Below the pieces are notes generated by a model. That model made no database searches. It saw only the letters and a list, made by a program, of their open reading frames with translations, and was not told the DNA's origin. From the IMG/VR virus record IMGVR_UViG_3300043570_001980, positions 186,001 through 250,000 of that record: a DNA stretch of 64,000 nucleotides; one strand, 5' to 3'. The translations under genes were made by a program, and so were the position numbers. This document shows positions 20,688 through 30,145 of the stretch, one piece after another (within the stretch, counting starts at the first letter, position 1; every line of letters begins with the position of its first letter).

Positions 20688-21704
20688 ATGACTAATCTAT
20701 TTCGTAAAACGGCTATTTGTACTGACATTCATTTTGGACTAAAGTCAAATAGCCTGGCACACAACCAAGACTGTGAAAATTTTATTGACTGGTTTATTGC
20801 CAAGGCCAAAGAGCAGGGCTGTGAAACTGGCATGTTCCTTGGCGACTGGCATCATCATAGAGCCAGCATTAATCTACAGACCTTGAACTTTAGTCTGCGA
20901 GCGTTGGAAAAACTGTCTAAAGCATTTGATCAGTTTTATTTTATTCCTGGCAATCACGACCTGTACTACAGAGACAAGCGTGATATTCACGGTGCCGAAT
21001 GGGCCAAACATCTACCCAACATACAGATTGTCAACGATTGGTTCAAGCAAGGCGATGTAGTTATTGCTCCCTGGTTGGTGGGAGACGATCACAAGCGCAT
21101 TTCAAAACTGTCAGCTAAATATGTTTTCGGACATTTTGAATTACCACATTTTAAAATGAATGCCATGGTAGAGATGCCGGATCATGGCGAACTACAAGCA
21201 GAGCACTTTACAGGTGTTGAAGAAGTGTATAGCGGTCACTTTCACCTAAGACAAAAAAGACAAAACATCAATTACATTGGCAATTGTTTCCCACATAATT
21301 TTGCCGATGCTGGAGACGACAAACGTGGATGTGCTATTTTAGAATGGGGGAAACCTGTAGAATATCACGCATGGCAGGACCAACCAAGATACCGTGTTCA
21401 CAAACTCAGCGAACTGCTAGATGAAAATAACAAATTGCTCGGCGACAACATGCATGTTCGAATTCAACTTGATATTGATATCAGCTACGAAGAAGCCAAC
21501 TTCATCAAAGAAACGTTCATGCAAAAACATGCCATTAGAGAAATTGGCCTAATTACAGTTAAAAATCAAGATTTAACTTTGGATTTAGCACCAGGTGAAA
21601 TTAAATTTGAAAGTGTTGATCAAATTGTCACACAACAGATCACAGACATTGAATCAGAATTTTACGATTCAAAATTACTGTTGAACATTTACCAGAGTCT
21701 ATAA
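20688..21704 (+). CDS. gp47: Recombination endonuclease subunit (gp47/SbcD/Mre11 metallophosphoesterase)
   Basis: TDIHFG, LGDWHH, PGNHD, FGHFE and SGHFH metallophosphoesterase motifs. Confidence 0.92.
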   Translation: MTNLFRKTAICTDIHFGLKSNSLAHNQDCENFIDWFIAKAKEQGCETGMFLGDWHHHRASINLQTLNFSLRALEKLSKAFDQFYFIPGNHDLYYRDKRDIHGAEWAKHLPNIQIVNDWFKQGDVVIAPWLVGDDHKRISKLSAKYVFGHFELPHFKMNAMVEMPDHGELQAEHFTGVEEVYSGHFHLRQKRQNINYIGNCFPHNFADAGDDKRGCAILEWGKPVEYHAWQDQPRYRVHKLSELLDENNKLLGDNMHVRIQLDIDISYEEANFIKETFMQKHAIREIGLITVKNQDLTLDLAPGEIKFESVDQIVTQQITDIESEFYDSKLLLNIYQSL

Positions 21705-23155
21705 TGAAAGAAGTAATCACAAGAGATTTTATCAATCAACGTATTCGTTTTGTTGAATGTCTAAACAAAGATAAAGTCTACAATATTAAAGAGTTCAACG
21801 ACACAATTAACTATTGGAAAATTATTTTGTACGAAGGGTACAATCTAAGGCCAGGTAACAGAATTTGCATTTATGATTCCACCATTGGATTTTTATATAC
21901 CAGTTTGTTTTTTGCGGCAGCCGAGCTTGGTCTTGAAATCATTACTCCTCCCGAAAAAGCCACAGACGAGTCTGGATATGTAGAACATTTGGAAATCATG
22001 ACTCAAGAACAGGGTCTGTTTGATGCTGCCATCATTGATGAGATTAACCAAAAAAGTTCTAATGTATCGGCCATGGCACAACGATATTGTAAATCTATTA
22101 TCTCTGACCAGGCTTTCTTTTCTTATAAGATCAAAGATGATCAATTATACAAATATCTAGTAGATAACGTTCTTTGTACAGAAGATTCTATTCTGGTACA
22201 TGCAACTACCAGTGGTAGCACTGGGATTCCCAAACCATTGAAATACACACACAAACAACTGCACAGAATTGCTGTGAGAAATATTGATGTTCTTGGTTAT
22301 AAAAATAATTCTGTGTGTCACACAAGAAATCTGCATCATTCATTTATATTAATGACCCACTTCTTGCCGTCAATACACGCATCTGAAGAGCATTATAGTT
22401 TTCCGTTAGGTCGTTGGGAAAATATTAAAGAATTCATTGAGCTGATTAAACAATTAGAAATTTCCAAAGTAGCAATAACTTATAAAGGACTAATCGACAA
22501 TGTATTTTCTATTATGACCAAGTCTGGAGATCAGTTTAAGCATAATATTTCAATTATCGTCGGCGGGTTTCATGTCAGCAACGAATTTATTAAACTAGTA
22601 AAACAAGTAAACATTCAGGAGATTCTTAGTTTATTTGGAACCAATGAAACATTTGGTCCGTTGTTTGTCAAGCATATTAAACAGAGCCAGGATCTTTCCA
22701 CATATCGTCCCGATTGGTATCCACCAACAGATGGAGATTTTTTTACAATCACCGGTGTAGAAAATAAAATTTCTGTTACTGCGGATTCAATTGGTATTAA
22801 AGATATAGTTGTTGAGGATACACTGATCGGAGATAACATCGCAGGATACATACACAAGGGTCGAGAAAATTTATTTAGGATTAACGAAATATATTTTACA
22901 ATTCCCGAAATACACGAAACTGTTGTTCCGTATTGTGATGGAGATTTTGATATTTGTGTGGATGCATCAAATCAAAAATTATATCTTGCTGTCTGGAGTG
23001 GCGCAGTTGAATTTGAAAAATTAAATTTAGCAATGAAAGAAAAATTTAAATTGTTACAATTTGACAAGTATTCCAGACTAGATCGAGACAACTATAGCGG
23101 GTTCAAGGTCAACATGAATTTGTTAAGAAACTTTTTTAACACAATAAAAGAATAA
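21704..23155 (+). CDS. Adenylate-forming (ANL superfamily, acyl-CoA synthetase-like) enzyme
   Basis: P-loop TTSGSTGIPK, FGTNET (A5-like), D..KGREN (A7/A8-like) and terminal SGFKVN (A10-like Lys); AT-rich; inserted between gp47 and gp46. Confidence 0.7.
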   Translation: MKEVITRDFINQRIRFVECLNKDKVYNIKEFNDTINYWKIILYEGYNLRPGNRICIYDSTIGFLYTSLFFAAAELGLEIITPPEKATDESGYVEHLEIMTQEQGLFDAAIIDEINQKSSNVSAMAQRYCKSIISDQAFFSYKIKDDQLYKYLVDNVLCTEDSILVHATTSGSTGIPKPLKYTHKQLHRIAVRNIDVLGYKNNSVCHTRNLHHSFILMTHFLPSIHASEEHYSFPLGRWENIKEFIELIKQLEISKVAITYKGLIDNVFSIMTKSGDQFKHNISIIVGGFHVSNEFIKLVKQVNIQEILSLFGTNETFGPLFVKHIKQSQDLSTYRPDWYPPTDGDFFTITGVENKISVTADSIGIKDIVVEDTLIGDNIAGYIHKGRENLFRINEIYFTIPEIHETVVPYCDGDFDICVDASNQKLYLAVWSGAVEFEKLNLAMKEKFKLLQFDKYSRLDRDNYSGFKVNMNLLRNFFNTIKE

Positions 23156-23209
23156 TGCAGTCAACCGTTATGGTTGGCCTTTTCTCTTAAAATACTGTAC
23201 AATACAACT

Positions 23210-24973
23210 GTGATTAATATTAAAACTCTGACTGTTAAAAACTTTATGAGCGTGGGTAATTCTACTCAAGCCGTTGATTTTGATCGTAAAGATCTTACAC
23301 TTGTGCTAGGTGAGAATCTTGACCTTGGTGGAGATGGCAGTCGGAACGGTACCGGTAAAACTACTATTATCAATGCTCTTAGCTATTCATTATACGGGCA
23401 GGCATTGACCAATATTCGCAAAGACAATCTTGTTAACAAGACCAATGGCAAAAACATGTTGGTCAGTTTAGATTTTGAAGTGAGTGGGAAAAATTATCGA
23501 ATTGAGCGTGGTCGAAAACCCAACGTGTTGAAGTTTTATGTCAACAGTCAAGAACAAGAAATCACCGACGATAGCCAAGGAGACAGCAGAGAAACACAGG
23601 ATGCTATTGAACACATACTTGGTATGAGTCACGATATGTTTAGACATATTCTAGCACTTAACACTTATACTGAACCTTTTTTAAGTCTCAAAGCCAACGA
23701 TCAGCGAACTTTGATCGAACAGTTGTTGGGAATAACGTTGCTGAGTGAAAAGGCTGAACGTATTAAAGAATTAAACAGAGAAACCAAGGACTCTATCAGC
23801 CAGGAAGAGTTTAGAATACGTGCAGTTCAAGAAGCAAACAAACGGATTGAAGAACAAATTGACAGTTTAAAGCGTAGACAAACATTATGGATTACCAAGC
23901 GAGCTGAAGAAATTACCAAACTACAGACAGCGTTAGAAGCATTACAAGAGATTGATATTGATGCAGAAATTACTGCACACCGTGAACATACTGCTTGGGA
24001 TAATAGAAGAAAAGCATTCAACGACTTGCAAACTAAACTAAGTCGAGCAAAGCTAGAAGTTCAACGTGAAGAAAAAACAATTAAAAAATTGTCTGATGAG
24101 ATTGTTTCATTAGAAGCACATACCTGTCACACTTGCGGACAGGCATTTCATGATGAGAAACACGAGCAAGTGTTGACTAATAAACGCACTGACTTAGCTG
24201 ATGCAAGAACACGATGCACCGAGCAAACTACCGAAGTCAGTGAAATTCAAAACGAGTTAGATGATATCGGCGCAGTCGGCAAACCTCCAGTGATGTTCTA
24301 TGACAACGAAGAAGATGCTATTCATCATCGTGCTACATTGGCCAACCTACAAACACAGATTGATAGCAAGCAACAAGAACAAGATCCGTATGCTGAACAA
24401 ATTAGCGACATGCAAGAACAAGCATTGCAGGTGGTTGACTATGTTGGATTAAATGATCTAACCAGAATGCAAGAACATCAAGACTTCTTGTTGAAGTTAT
24501 TGACTTCAAAAGATAGTTTTATTCGCAAAAAGATTATTGAGCAAAATTTAAGTTATTTAAATGCTCGACTAACGCACTATCTAGATAAAATTGGGTTGCC
24601 GCATCAGGTTGTATTTCAAAATGATCTCAGTGTTGAAATTACCGAACTGGGCCGTGACTTAGACTTTGATAACTTATCGCGTGGTGAACGCAATAGACTT
24701 ATACTGTCAATGTCCTGGGCATTCCGTGATGTTTGGGAAAGCTTATATCATCCAATCAATGTGTTGTTCATTGACGAACTTGTTGATTCAGGTATGGATA
24801 CCCAGGGTGTTGAAAACAGTCTTGCACTACTTAAAAAGATGAGTAGAGAACGTCATAAAAGTATTTGGTTAGTAAGTCACCGAGATGAACTTGCTGGTCG
24901 TGTAGAAAATATTTTACGTGTTGTAAAAGAAAATGGATTTACATCCTATAACAATGATGTAGAGATGGCCTGA
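23210..24973 (+). CDS. gp46: Recombination ATPase subunit (gp46/SbcC/Rad50)
   Basis: KNFMSVGN, Walker A NGTGKTT, coiled coil with CHTC zinc hook, LSRGE signature, Walker B LFIDE, VSH. Start likely GTG 23210; the track's TTG 23174 overlaps a promoter-like TTGGCC-18-TACAAT. Confidence 0.93.
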   Translation: MINIKTLTVKNFMSVGNSTQAVDFDRKDLTLVLGENLDLGGDGSRNGTGKTTIINALSYSLYGQALTNIRKDNLVNKTNGKNMLVSLDFEVSGKNYRIERGRKPNVLKFYVNSQEQEITDDSQGDSRETQDAIEHILGMSHDMFRHILALNTYTEPFLSLKANDQRTLIEQLLGITLLSEKAERIKELNRETKDSISQEEFRIRAVQEANKRIEEQIDSLKRRQTLWITKRAEEITKLQTALEALQEIDIDAEITAHREHTAWDNRRKAFNDLQTKLSRAKLEVQREEKTIKKLSDEIVSLEAHTCHTCGQAFHDEKHEQVLTNKRTDLADARTRCTEQTTEVSEIQNELDDIGAVGKPPVMFYDNEEDAIHHRATLANLQTQIDSKQQEQDPYAEQISDMQEQALQVVDYVGLNDLTRMQEHQDFLLKLLTSKDSFIRKKIIEQNLSYLNARLTHYLDKIGLPHQVVFQNDLSVEITELGRDLDFDNLSRGERNRLILSMSWAFRDVWESLYHPINVLFIDELVDSGMDTQGVENSLALLKKMSRERHKSIWLVSHRDELAGRVENILRVVKENGFTSYNNDVEMA

Positions 24974-25512
24974 TGCTTGAGTTTGAGTTAGAAATAGCAT
25001 CATCACAAGGTCGCACACCAGGATACCTACGGGTAGATGACCAAAAGACACACCTGTCAGATCCATTGATACATGCTAAATTTATTATTCAAGACCTAGG
25101 ACAATTAAAACTTGTGTTTGGCGGCAAGACAGAAAACGATACGGTAATAGACAGTAATGGTAATATTGTTGCTGATACAGAATTTAGAATCCTTAATATT
25201 AGATGCAATCAAATCAAACTAGAACCCTGGATACTAACTGATTTTGTTTATTACCCTGATTACTTTAGCGGGTATCTACAACAGTTTCCAGACTCTCCGA
25301 TAACTATTACTAGCCCATATCAATATAATTTTCCCGGAACAATAGAATTTAATTGGGTTTCTAATTTTTGGGATTGGTATTTTGAAGAAAAAAATAAACG
25401 AGAAGTCATTGGTTTCTTAGAAAAAGATCCTGATCGTGTTTGGAAGTTTCGTGGCAGTTTAGATCCCTGTGAGGATCTAGTAGAAAAAATAAAAGAACTA
25501 ATACAGCTATGA
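24973..25512 (+). CDS. Hypothetical protein coupled to the radical SAM gene
   Basis: 179 aa ORF overlapping the gp46 stop and the radical SAM start (ATGA). Confidence 0.7.
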   Translation: MLEFELEIASSQGRTPGYLRVDDQKTHLSDPLIHAKFIIQDLGQLKLVFGGKTENDTVIDSNGNIVADTEFRILNIRCNQIKLEPWILTDFVYYPDYFSGYLQQFPDSPITITSPYQYNFPGTIEFNWVSNFWDWYFEEKNKREVIGFLEKDPDRVWKFRGSLDPCEDLVEKIKELIQL

Positions 25513-27086
25513 AACGATTTGCATTTATCAACGTACCAAGTCAAGAGTTAGAAAGACCACCAGCCGCCGCCGCGGCCATAAGTGCTTGTGTACGTAGTGC
25601 TGGTTGGGAATGTAACGTGTATGATTTTAATTTGTTTTTACACAGCAATGTAACTACAGATGTGTGGGTTGAACTTGAACAATACTGGCGTTGCAAAAAA
25701 TATACACTAGAACCCGAAACTCAACAAATATTAAATGACACCATTGATCAATTTTTAACAACTGTAGCTGAGTTTGAGCCTGACATGGTTGGGATTTCTG
25801 TGTTTACTAGATTCAGTGTTATCCCTGCCAGTGTGATGTTGCAGAAGGTACGAGATCAATTAAACTGTAAAATTGTCATAGGCGGAGCAGGTAGCTATGC
25901 TTGGCCAGGAAGTTTGCCAAATTTAACCAAGAACCCGCTGGCATTAGATGCCACAACGTTTGCTGACTATGCACTAAAGACCGGATTAGTTGATTACTAC
26001 ATCCAAGGAGAAGGTGAACAGGCCATCATTGAATTATTAAATGGCAATGATAACTCCAACGGAGTTAACGGAAACCCAGCAGTTCAAATTCGTAAATTAG
26101 ACAAGCTGCCGCATCCTGAATACGAAGGCATTGACCCATCAAATTACTATTACACATCTGAGCCGGGAATTTATATCACTGCATCAAGAGGCTGTGTTAG
26201 GAATTGCAAATTTTGTAGTATTTCAGACATGTGGCCAAAGTATACTTCTCGTAGTGCCGATGATATTGTAAAAGAAATTATCAACGGAAAGAAAAAATAC
26301 AATGTCAACCTATTTCACTTTACCGACAGTTTAATCAACGGTAATATGAAAATGTGGAGAGAAGTAAATCAGCAATTAGTACAAGCTAAAAAACAAGACG
26401 TCAGTTTAGAACCAATAAAATATCTTGGTCAGTTTATTTGTAGAACAAGATTTGATCAAACTGAAAAAGACTGGGAGTTAATGGCCAAGGCTGGTTGTAA
26501 TATGCTGGTCACTGGATTTGAATCTTACAGTCCTCATGTTAGAAAACACATGGGTAAAAATCACACCAATGCAGATATTGATTTCCATTTTGCACAGTCA
26601 GCATATTACGGAATTAAGAATGTTTGTTTAATGTTTGTTGGATACCCTGTTGAAACATTGGAAGACCATAATTATAATATTGAATTTTTACACCGGTATC
26701 AAAAATATGCTCGAGCAGGAGTGATTCACATGGTACGTTGGGGGTACACTGGTATGTTCCGTGAAGAAGGCAAGCTAGCTGGTGATTCAAAAGTAAAACT
26801 AATTACTGATCCAGACTTTGCCAAACGTTTTCATAACCTACCACAAGGGCTTCGTGACATTGCACTGGGCTTTGGATGGGTAAATGAATTAAACCCAACA
26901 CTCACACTAAAAGAACGCATCCGTCGTCGACTAGAGTTACACGAAGTAAGTGTAAAACTAGGATGGCCACAGACTCGTAACAGAGAAGAGTTACAAATTT
27001 TATATAACATTTTACAAAACCTTGACAAGAATGTCATCAACACTCAGGATTTTGAAAACTTAGAAACCTTATTAGATTTTCATTAA
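25509..27086 (+). CDS. Cobalamin-binding (class B-like) radical SAM enzyme
   Basis: N-terminal B12-binding-like region (PDMVGISVF..IVIGG..GEGE) and SRGCVRNCKFC CxxxCxxC; FTDSLING, GFES and FVGYPVET motifs. Confidence 0.88.
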   Translation: MKRFAFINVPSQELERPPAAAAAISACVRSAGWECNVYDFNLFLHSNVTTDVWVELEQYWRCKKYTLEPETQQILNDTIDQFLTTVAEFEPDMVGISVFTRFSVIPASVMLQKVRDQLNCKIVIGGAGSYAWPGSLPNLTKNPLALDATTFADYALKTGLVDYYIQGEGEQAIIELLNGNDNSNGVNGNPAVQIRKLDKLPHPEYEGIDPSNYYYTSEPGIYITASRGCVRNCKFCSISDMWPKYTSRSADDIVKEIINGKKKYNVNLFHFTDSLINGNMKMWREVNQQLVQAKKQDVSLEPIKYLGQFICRTRFDQTEKDWELMAKAGCNMLVTGFESYSPHVRKHMGKNHTNADIDFHFAQSAYYGIKNVCLMFVGYPVETLEDHNYNIEFLHRYQKYARAGVIHMVRWGYTGMFREEGKLAGDSKVKLITDPDFAKRFHNLPQGLRDIALGFGWVNELNPTLTLKERIRRRLELHEVSVKLGWPQTRNREELQILYNILQNLDKNVINTQDFENLETLLDFH

Positions 27087-27148
27087 ATTTTTACACTTAG
27101 ATCAACGGAGATGATAACTATACAGCAAGGATAAATCACACACAACAT

Positions 27149-27577
27149 ATGACATGGCTATTTCAAGACACCCCAGTTGAGACATTGCCCGAAGAGTGTG
27201 TTGGATTTGTTTACTTGATTACAAATAATCTCACTGGTCGCAAGTACATAGGCAAAAAACTCGCAAAATTTTCAAAAACCACATACAAAACAGTAACACA
27301 AAAAAACGGCATAAAAAAGCGGAAGAAGATACGCTCGAAGATTGATTCAGATTGGAGAGAGTACTACGGGTCAAGCCCAGAATTAACCGCAGACGTAATC
27401 AAACTAGGCACCGAAAACTTCACCAGAGAAATACTTTATTATTGCAACTCCAAATCAGAATGCAGTTACATTGAAGCAAGAGAACAATTTTCAAGACGAG
27501 TATTAGAATCGCAAGATTATTACAACGGCCATATACAAGTTAGAGTACACGGTAGTCATATTAGAGGAAAACTATGA
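27149..27577 (+). CDS. Small GIY-YIG-family nuclease
   Basis: GFVYLITNNLTGRKYIGKK..YYGSS..FTREIL..E..YYN. Confidence 0.8.
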   Translation: MTWLFQDTPVETLPEECVGFVYLITNNLTGRKYIGKKLAKFSKTTYKTVTQKNGIKKRKKIRSKIDSDWREYYGSSPELTADVIKLGTENFTREILYYCNSKSECSYIEAREQFSRRVLESQDYYNGHIQVRVHGSHIRGKL

Positions 27578-28380
27578 GTGAAATTTTTTTACAAAAGTTT
27601 TATGACAATGTCAAAGATTTGTCTTGGCCTCAACTTATTGAAACCTACAGTGACTTTGTAAAATTGCCCGATAGTATCAAAAACGAATGTTATCAACAGC
27701 ATGGACTAGAATCAACACTGAATCAAATTGAAGATTCCGATTACTGGCTTGCCAGTCATCGGTCCAGGGTAGTGGTGTACCGACATCATTCTTTGGTGTT
27801 TATACCTGTGCCAAAATGCGGATTTATTTACTATCATGATTTGTTTACTCGTATAGGGTGGGAACAAATTACCCTGGACAAAGTAAATTTTGATCAGCAC
27901 ATTGTTTTTACTGCTATCATGAATCCAACGGATCGATATCTCAAAGGCTTAACTGAGTGGTTCTGGAAAAGAATTAGATTTGATAATTTTGACAATTTAG
28001 AACAGCAAGAACTATTTTTTAACATAGCATCTGACATACTGATTACTGATATACACACAATGCCATACACCGTCGAATATCAAGGTATTATCAATAAGAT
28101 ACATTGGATTCCGTCTGACAACTTGTCTGACAACGAAGTAAAACAATCAATGATGCATTTGTTTAAAAAACACAATTACAATATACAGCTACCACTTGAC
28201 GACCCCCGATTACATCAATCCAACCCAAAAAAACTAAAGCTTTACCAGGCATTAAAAAATGTACACATCCGTAAAAAACAAAAAACTTTTGAATTGTTGT
28301 ACGTTTTTTTAGCAGAAGATTTAAAATTTTACCGGCAGCTAGTTAATAAATTTGACCCAACTTGGTCTAAAAACATTTAA
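27574..28380 (+). CDS. Sulfotransferase-fold-like protein with an N-terminal KxxxWP mini-domain
   Basis: VFIPVPKCG (5'-PSB-like), MNPTDRYLKG (3'-PB-like RxPxxR), D.HT.P and terminal EDLKFY resemble Sulfotransfer_2-type proteins; motifs are degenerate. Confidence 0.5.
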   Translation: MSEIFLQKFYDNVKDLSWPQLIETYSDFVKLPDSIKNECYQQHGLESTLNQIEDSDYWLASHRSRVVVYRHHSLVFIPVPKCGFIYYHDLFTRIGWEQITLDKVNFDQHIVFTAIMNPTDRYLKGLTEWFWKRIRFDNFDNLEQQELFFNIASDILITDIHTMPYTVEYQGIINKIHWIPSDNLSDNEVKQSMMHLFKKHNYNIQLPLDDPRLHQSNPKKLKLYQALKNVHIRKKQKTFELLYVFLAEDLKFYRQLVNKFDPTWSKNI

Positions 28381-28394
28381 TTTTAAGCAGTTAC

Positions 28395-28826
28395 GACTCG
28401 CACAGGTCAATTTCGTGTGCCCTAGACCTGGATCTCGGATCACAGGGACGGAAGTCTTGCCGCTCTAGCAAGCACTCAATCACTACCCGAAAGGATGACG
28501 ATCGCTAATTGCCGCGGTTTGATTGTTTGAAAAGAATTTAAAGGCTAAAAAGACGCAGAAGTGATTCTGCAGGTTAATATAGTATGTTAGCGTATATTAT
28601 ATTGATTGCCGTTGTATAAAGACGCAACTCGAGGTACCGGACAACCGCCTCTGTAATGTTGTAACGCTATGTGGCTATTCGAACTCGGATAATGCTTTTA
28701 ATCTTTGCCCTGTGCGGGCAAAGTGTGACCAAAGAATCTGGATAATAACTGTAATCTCACTTCGCTCGATGTTTATAATAATATTGATGAGCGATAGCGA
28801 AATCAATAGAACTTCAACGAAGTTCT
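28395..28826 (+). ncRNA. Candidate structured non-coding RNA (or replication-origin/ssi-like structured DNA)
   Basis: ORF-free gap with at least 9 hairpins, including GCAGAA-GTGA-TTCTGC and CC-GAAA-GG (GNRA loops), CTTTGCCC-TGTGC-GGGCAAAG, CCTGGATC-TCG-GATCACAGG, a G.U-containing AATATAGTATGT/GTATATTATATT stem, and GAACTTC-AAC-GAAGTTC. Confidence 0.5.
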
Positions 28827-28836
28827 CATAAAGCCG

Positions 28837-29172
28837 TTATAAGTTAGTATCTGGCCAATCTCTAAACAATGCATGTTGAATATCACCAGCAACAAACTGA
28901 TTGAATGACTTGTGTTTCTCTTCGAGTTCTCCTTTGAGTGGTGCTACTCGTTTGAACGCATTGTCCATCTGACCCATGTCTCTAAACTCCATGAGTATCA
29001 TCCACTCTGGCATGTCGGCAATACTACGGAATCCCATTTTACATCTTGTGATTCTGTACGATACCATCTTGTCTTCGGAGATCAAATGATCAAAGAAACT
29101 TTTCATTCCGTTGACCCAGTCTAAGTCTGAGATATCGCCTTCTTTGTTTGCCCAAATTGTGTATAAGTCCAT
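28837..29172 (-). CDS. Small conserved protein (DUF6614-like, possible dimeric alpha/beta barrel)
   Basis: 111 aa; YRITRCKMGFRS..PEWMILMEF..QMDNAF..H..F..ALFRDWPD; last gene of the amidinotransferase operon. Confidence 0.55.
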   Translation of the reverse strand: MDLYTIWANKEGDISDLDWVNGMKSFFDHLISEDKMVSYRITRCKMGFRSIADMPEWMILMEFRDMGQMDNAFKRVAPLKGELEEKHKSFNQFVAGDIQHALFRDWPDTNL

Positions 29173-29173
29173 T

Positions 29174-30145
29174 TTATATTTCCTCTCTGTGAAGATCGCT
29201 GGTTACACAATGCAGACCATTGTCCCAAAAACACTTGTGTCTAAACTGTGAAACATGCGGAGTAACTTGATGCCGTTTGAGTGCATCAAATATTTGTTGA
29301 TTGTAGCCACTGATCACTACATTTTTATTGTCGATGATCAACATGTTTAATTCAAAAACAGTTTCTGCTACATAACCCAACAAATTCTTAAAGTAACAAT
29401 CAATAAACTCTGTGAGTTTATTATTACTTTCTTGCCCTGGCAACCACCAAGATCCTGTGTGTGTTGCTTGCCAATTCTTAAATGATGGTAATTTTTCTAG
29501 ACTGGGTTTGATATAAACTATTTCCCAATCATAGAAATACATTTTAAAAAATAGTTTTAGTAGTTGGTGATTTGCAGGATCGTCTATGGCTATAATCAAT
29601 CCTGGTGTAACAGGACAAAACCATCCATCAATATGCCCAGTCTGATGAAAAGCTGTTAATTTTTTATTGCTGGCTCTATTTTGTAAAAATTCATGAGCTG
29701 ATTTATTATTAGAATAAAATACACAGTCGAGAAATTGATAAACAGTGGCACCACACACTGATGGTAGATTAATTTCTATTTCTTGATTACCCTGAGCAAT
29801 CACATGATCAGAAATGTTTTTATAAAAATCCGGATCTATGTTATTGTAAAATGATTTAACAAGTTTATTTCCTAGCATTAACAAATGATCCCTGGCTGCC
29901 AACGGCGCCTTTGGTAGATTGTCAACATCAACATCAACAACACCTGCTGTTGGCCTAAGCGTGTGTACTCCAAGAGCATTCAGATTAACTGCTAGTGTAT
30001 GTAGGTCTTCTTCGGTTTCACTGGCAATTGTTTCAAAATGATTTCGAATCTCAACGTTGTTGATCCAACTATAAAACTCAGGACTCCAACTGCGGCCAAC
30101 CACACAGGTTTTTAGTCTATGCCATTCGCTGTTAATCTGATACAT
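29174..30145 (-). CDS. Amidinotransferase-family protein (copy 2)
   Basis: SEWHRLKTCVVG, ARDHL, GHIDGWF, FELNML and C-terminal DNGLHCVTSDL (His and Cys catalytic motifs of the AGAT/StrB1 family). Confidence 0.85.
   Translation of the reverse strand: MYQINSEWHRLKTCVVGRSWSPEFYSWINNVEIRNHFETIASETEEDLHTLAVNLNALGVHTLRPTAGVVDVDVDNLPKAPLAARDHLLMLGNKLVKSFYNNIDPDFYKNISDHVIAQGNQEIEINLPSVCGATVYQFLDCVFYSNNKSAHEFLQNRASNKKLTAFHQTGHIDGWFCPVTPGLIIAIDDPANHQLLKLFFKMYFYDWEIVYIKPSLEKLPSFKNWQATHTGSWWLPGQESNNKLTEFIDCYFKNLLGYVAETVFELNMLIIDNKNVVISGYNQQIFDALKRHQVTPHVSQFRHKCFWDNGLHCVTSDLHREEI

Noticed and set aside
28381-28836. Group I intron, RNase P RNA, tmRNA or tRNA
   Set aside because: It does not interrupt a gene, and I could not find P7 (R/S) elements, the paired RNase P P4 motifs, tmRNA ends or a cloverleaf. 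GGAAGTC at ~28450 is only a partial resemblance.
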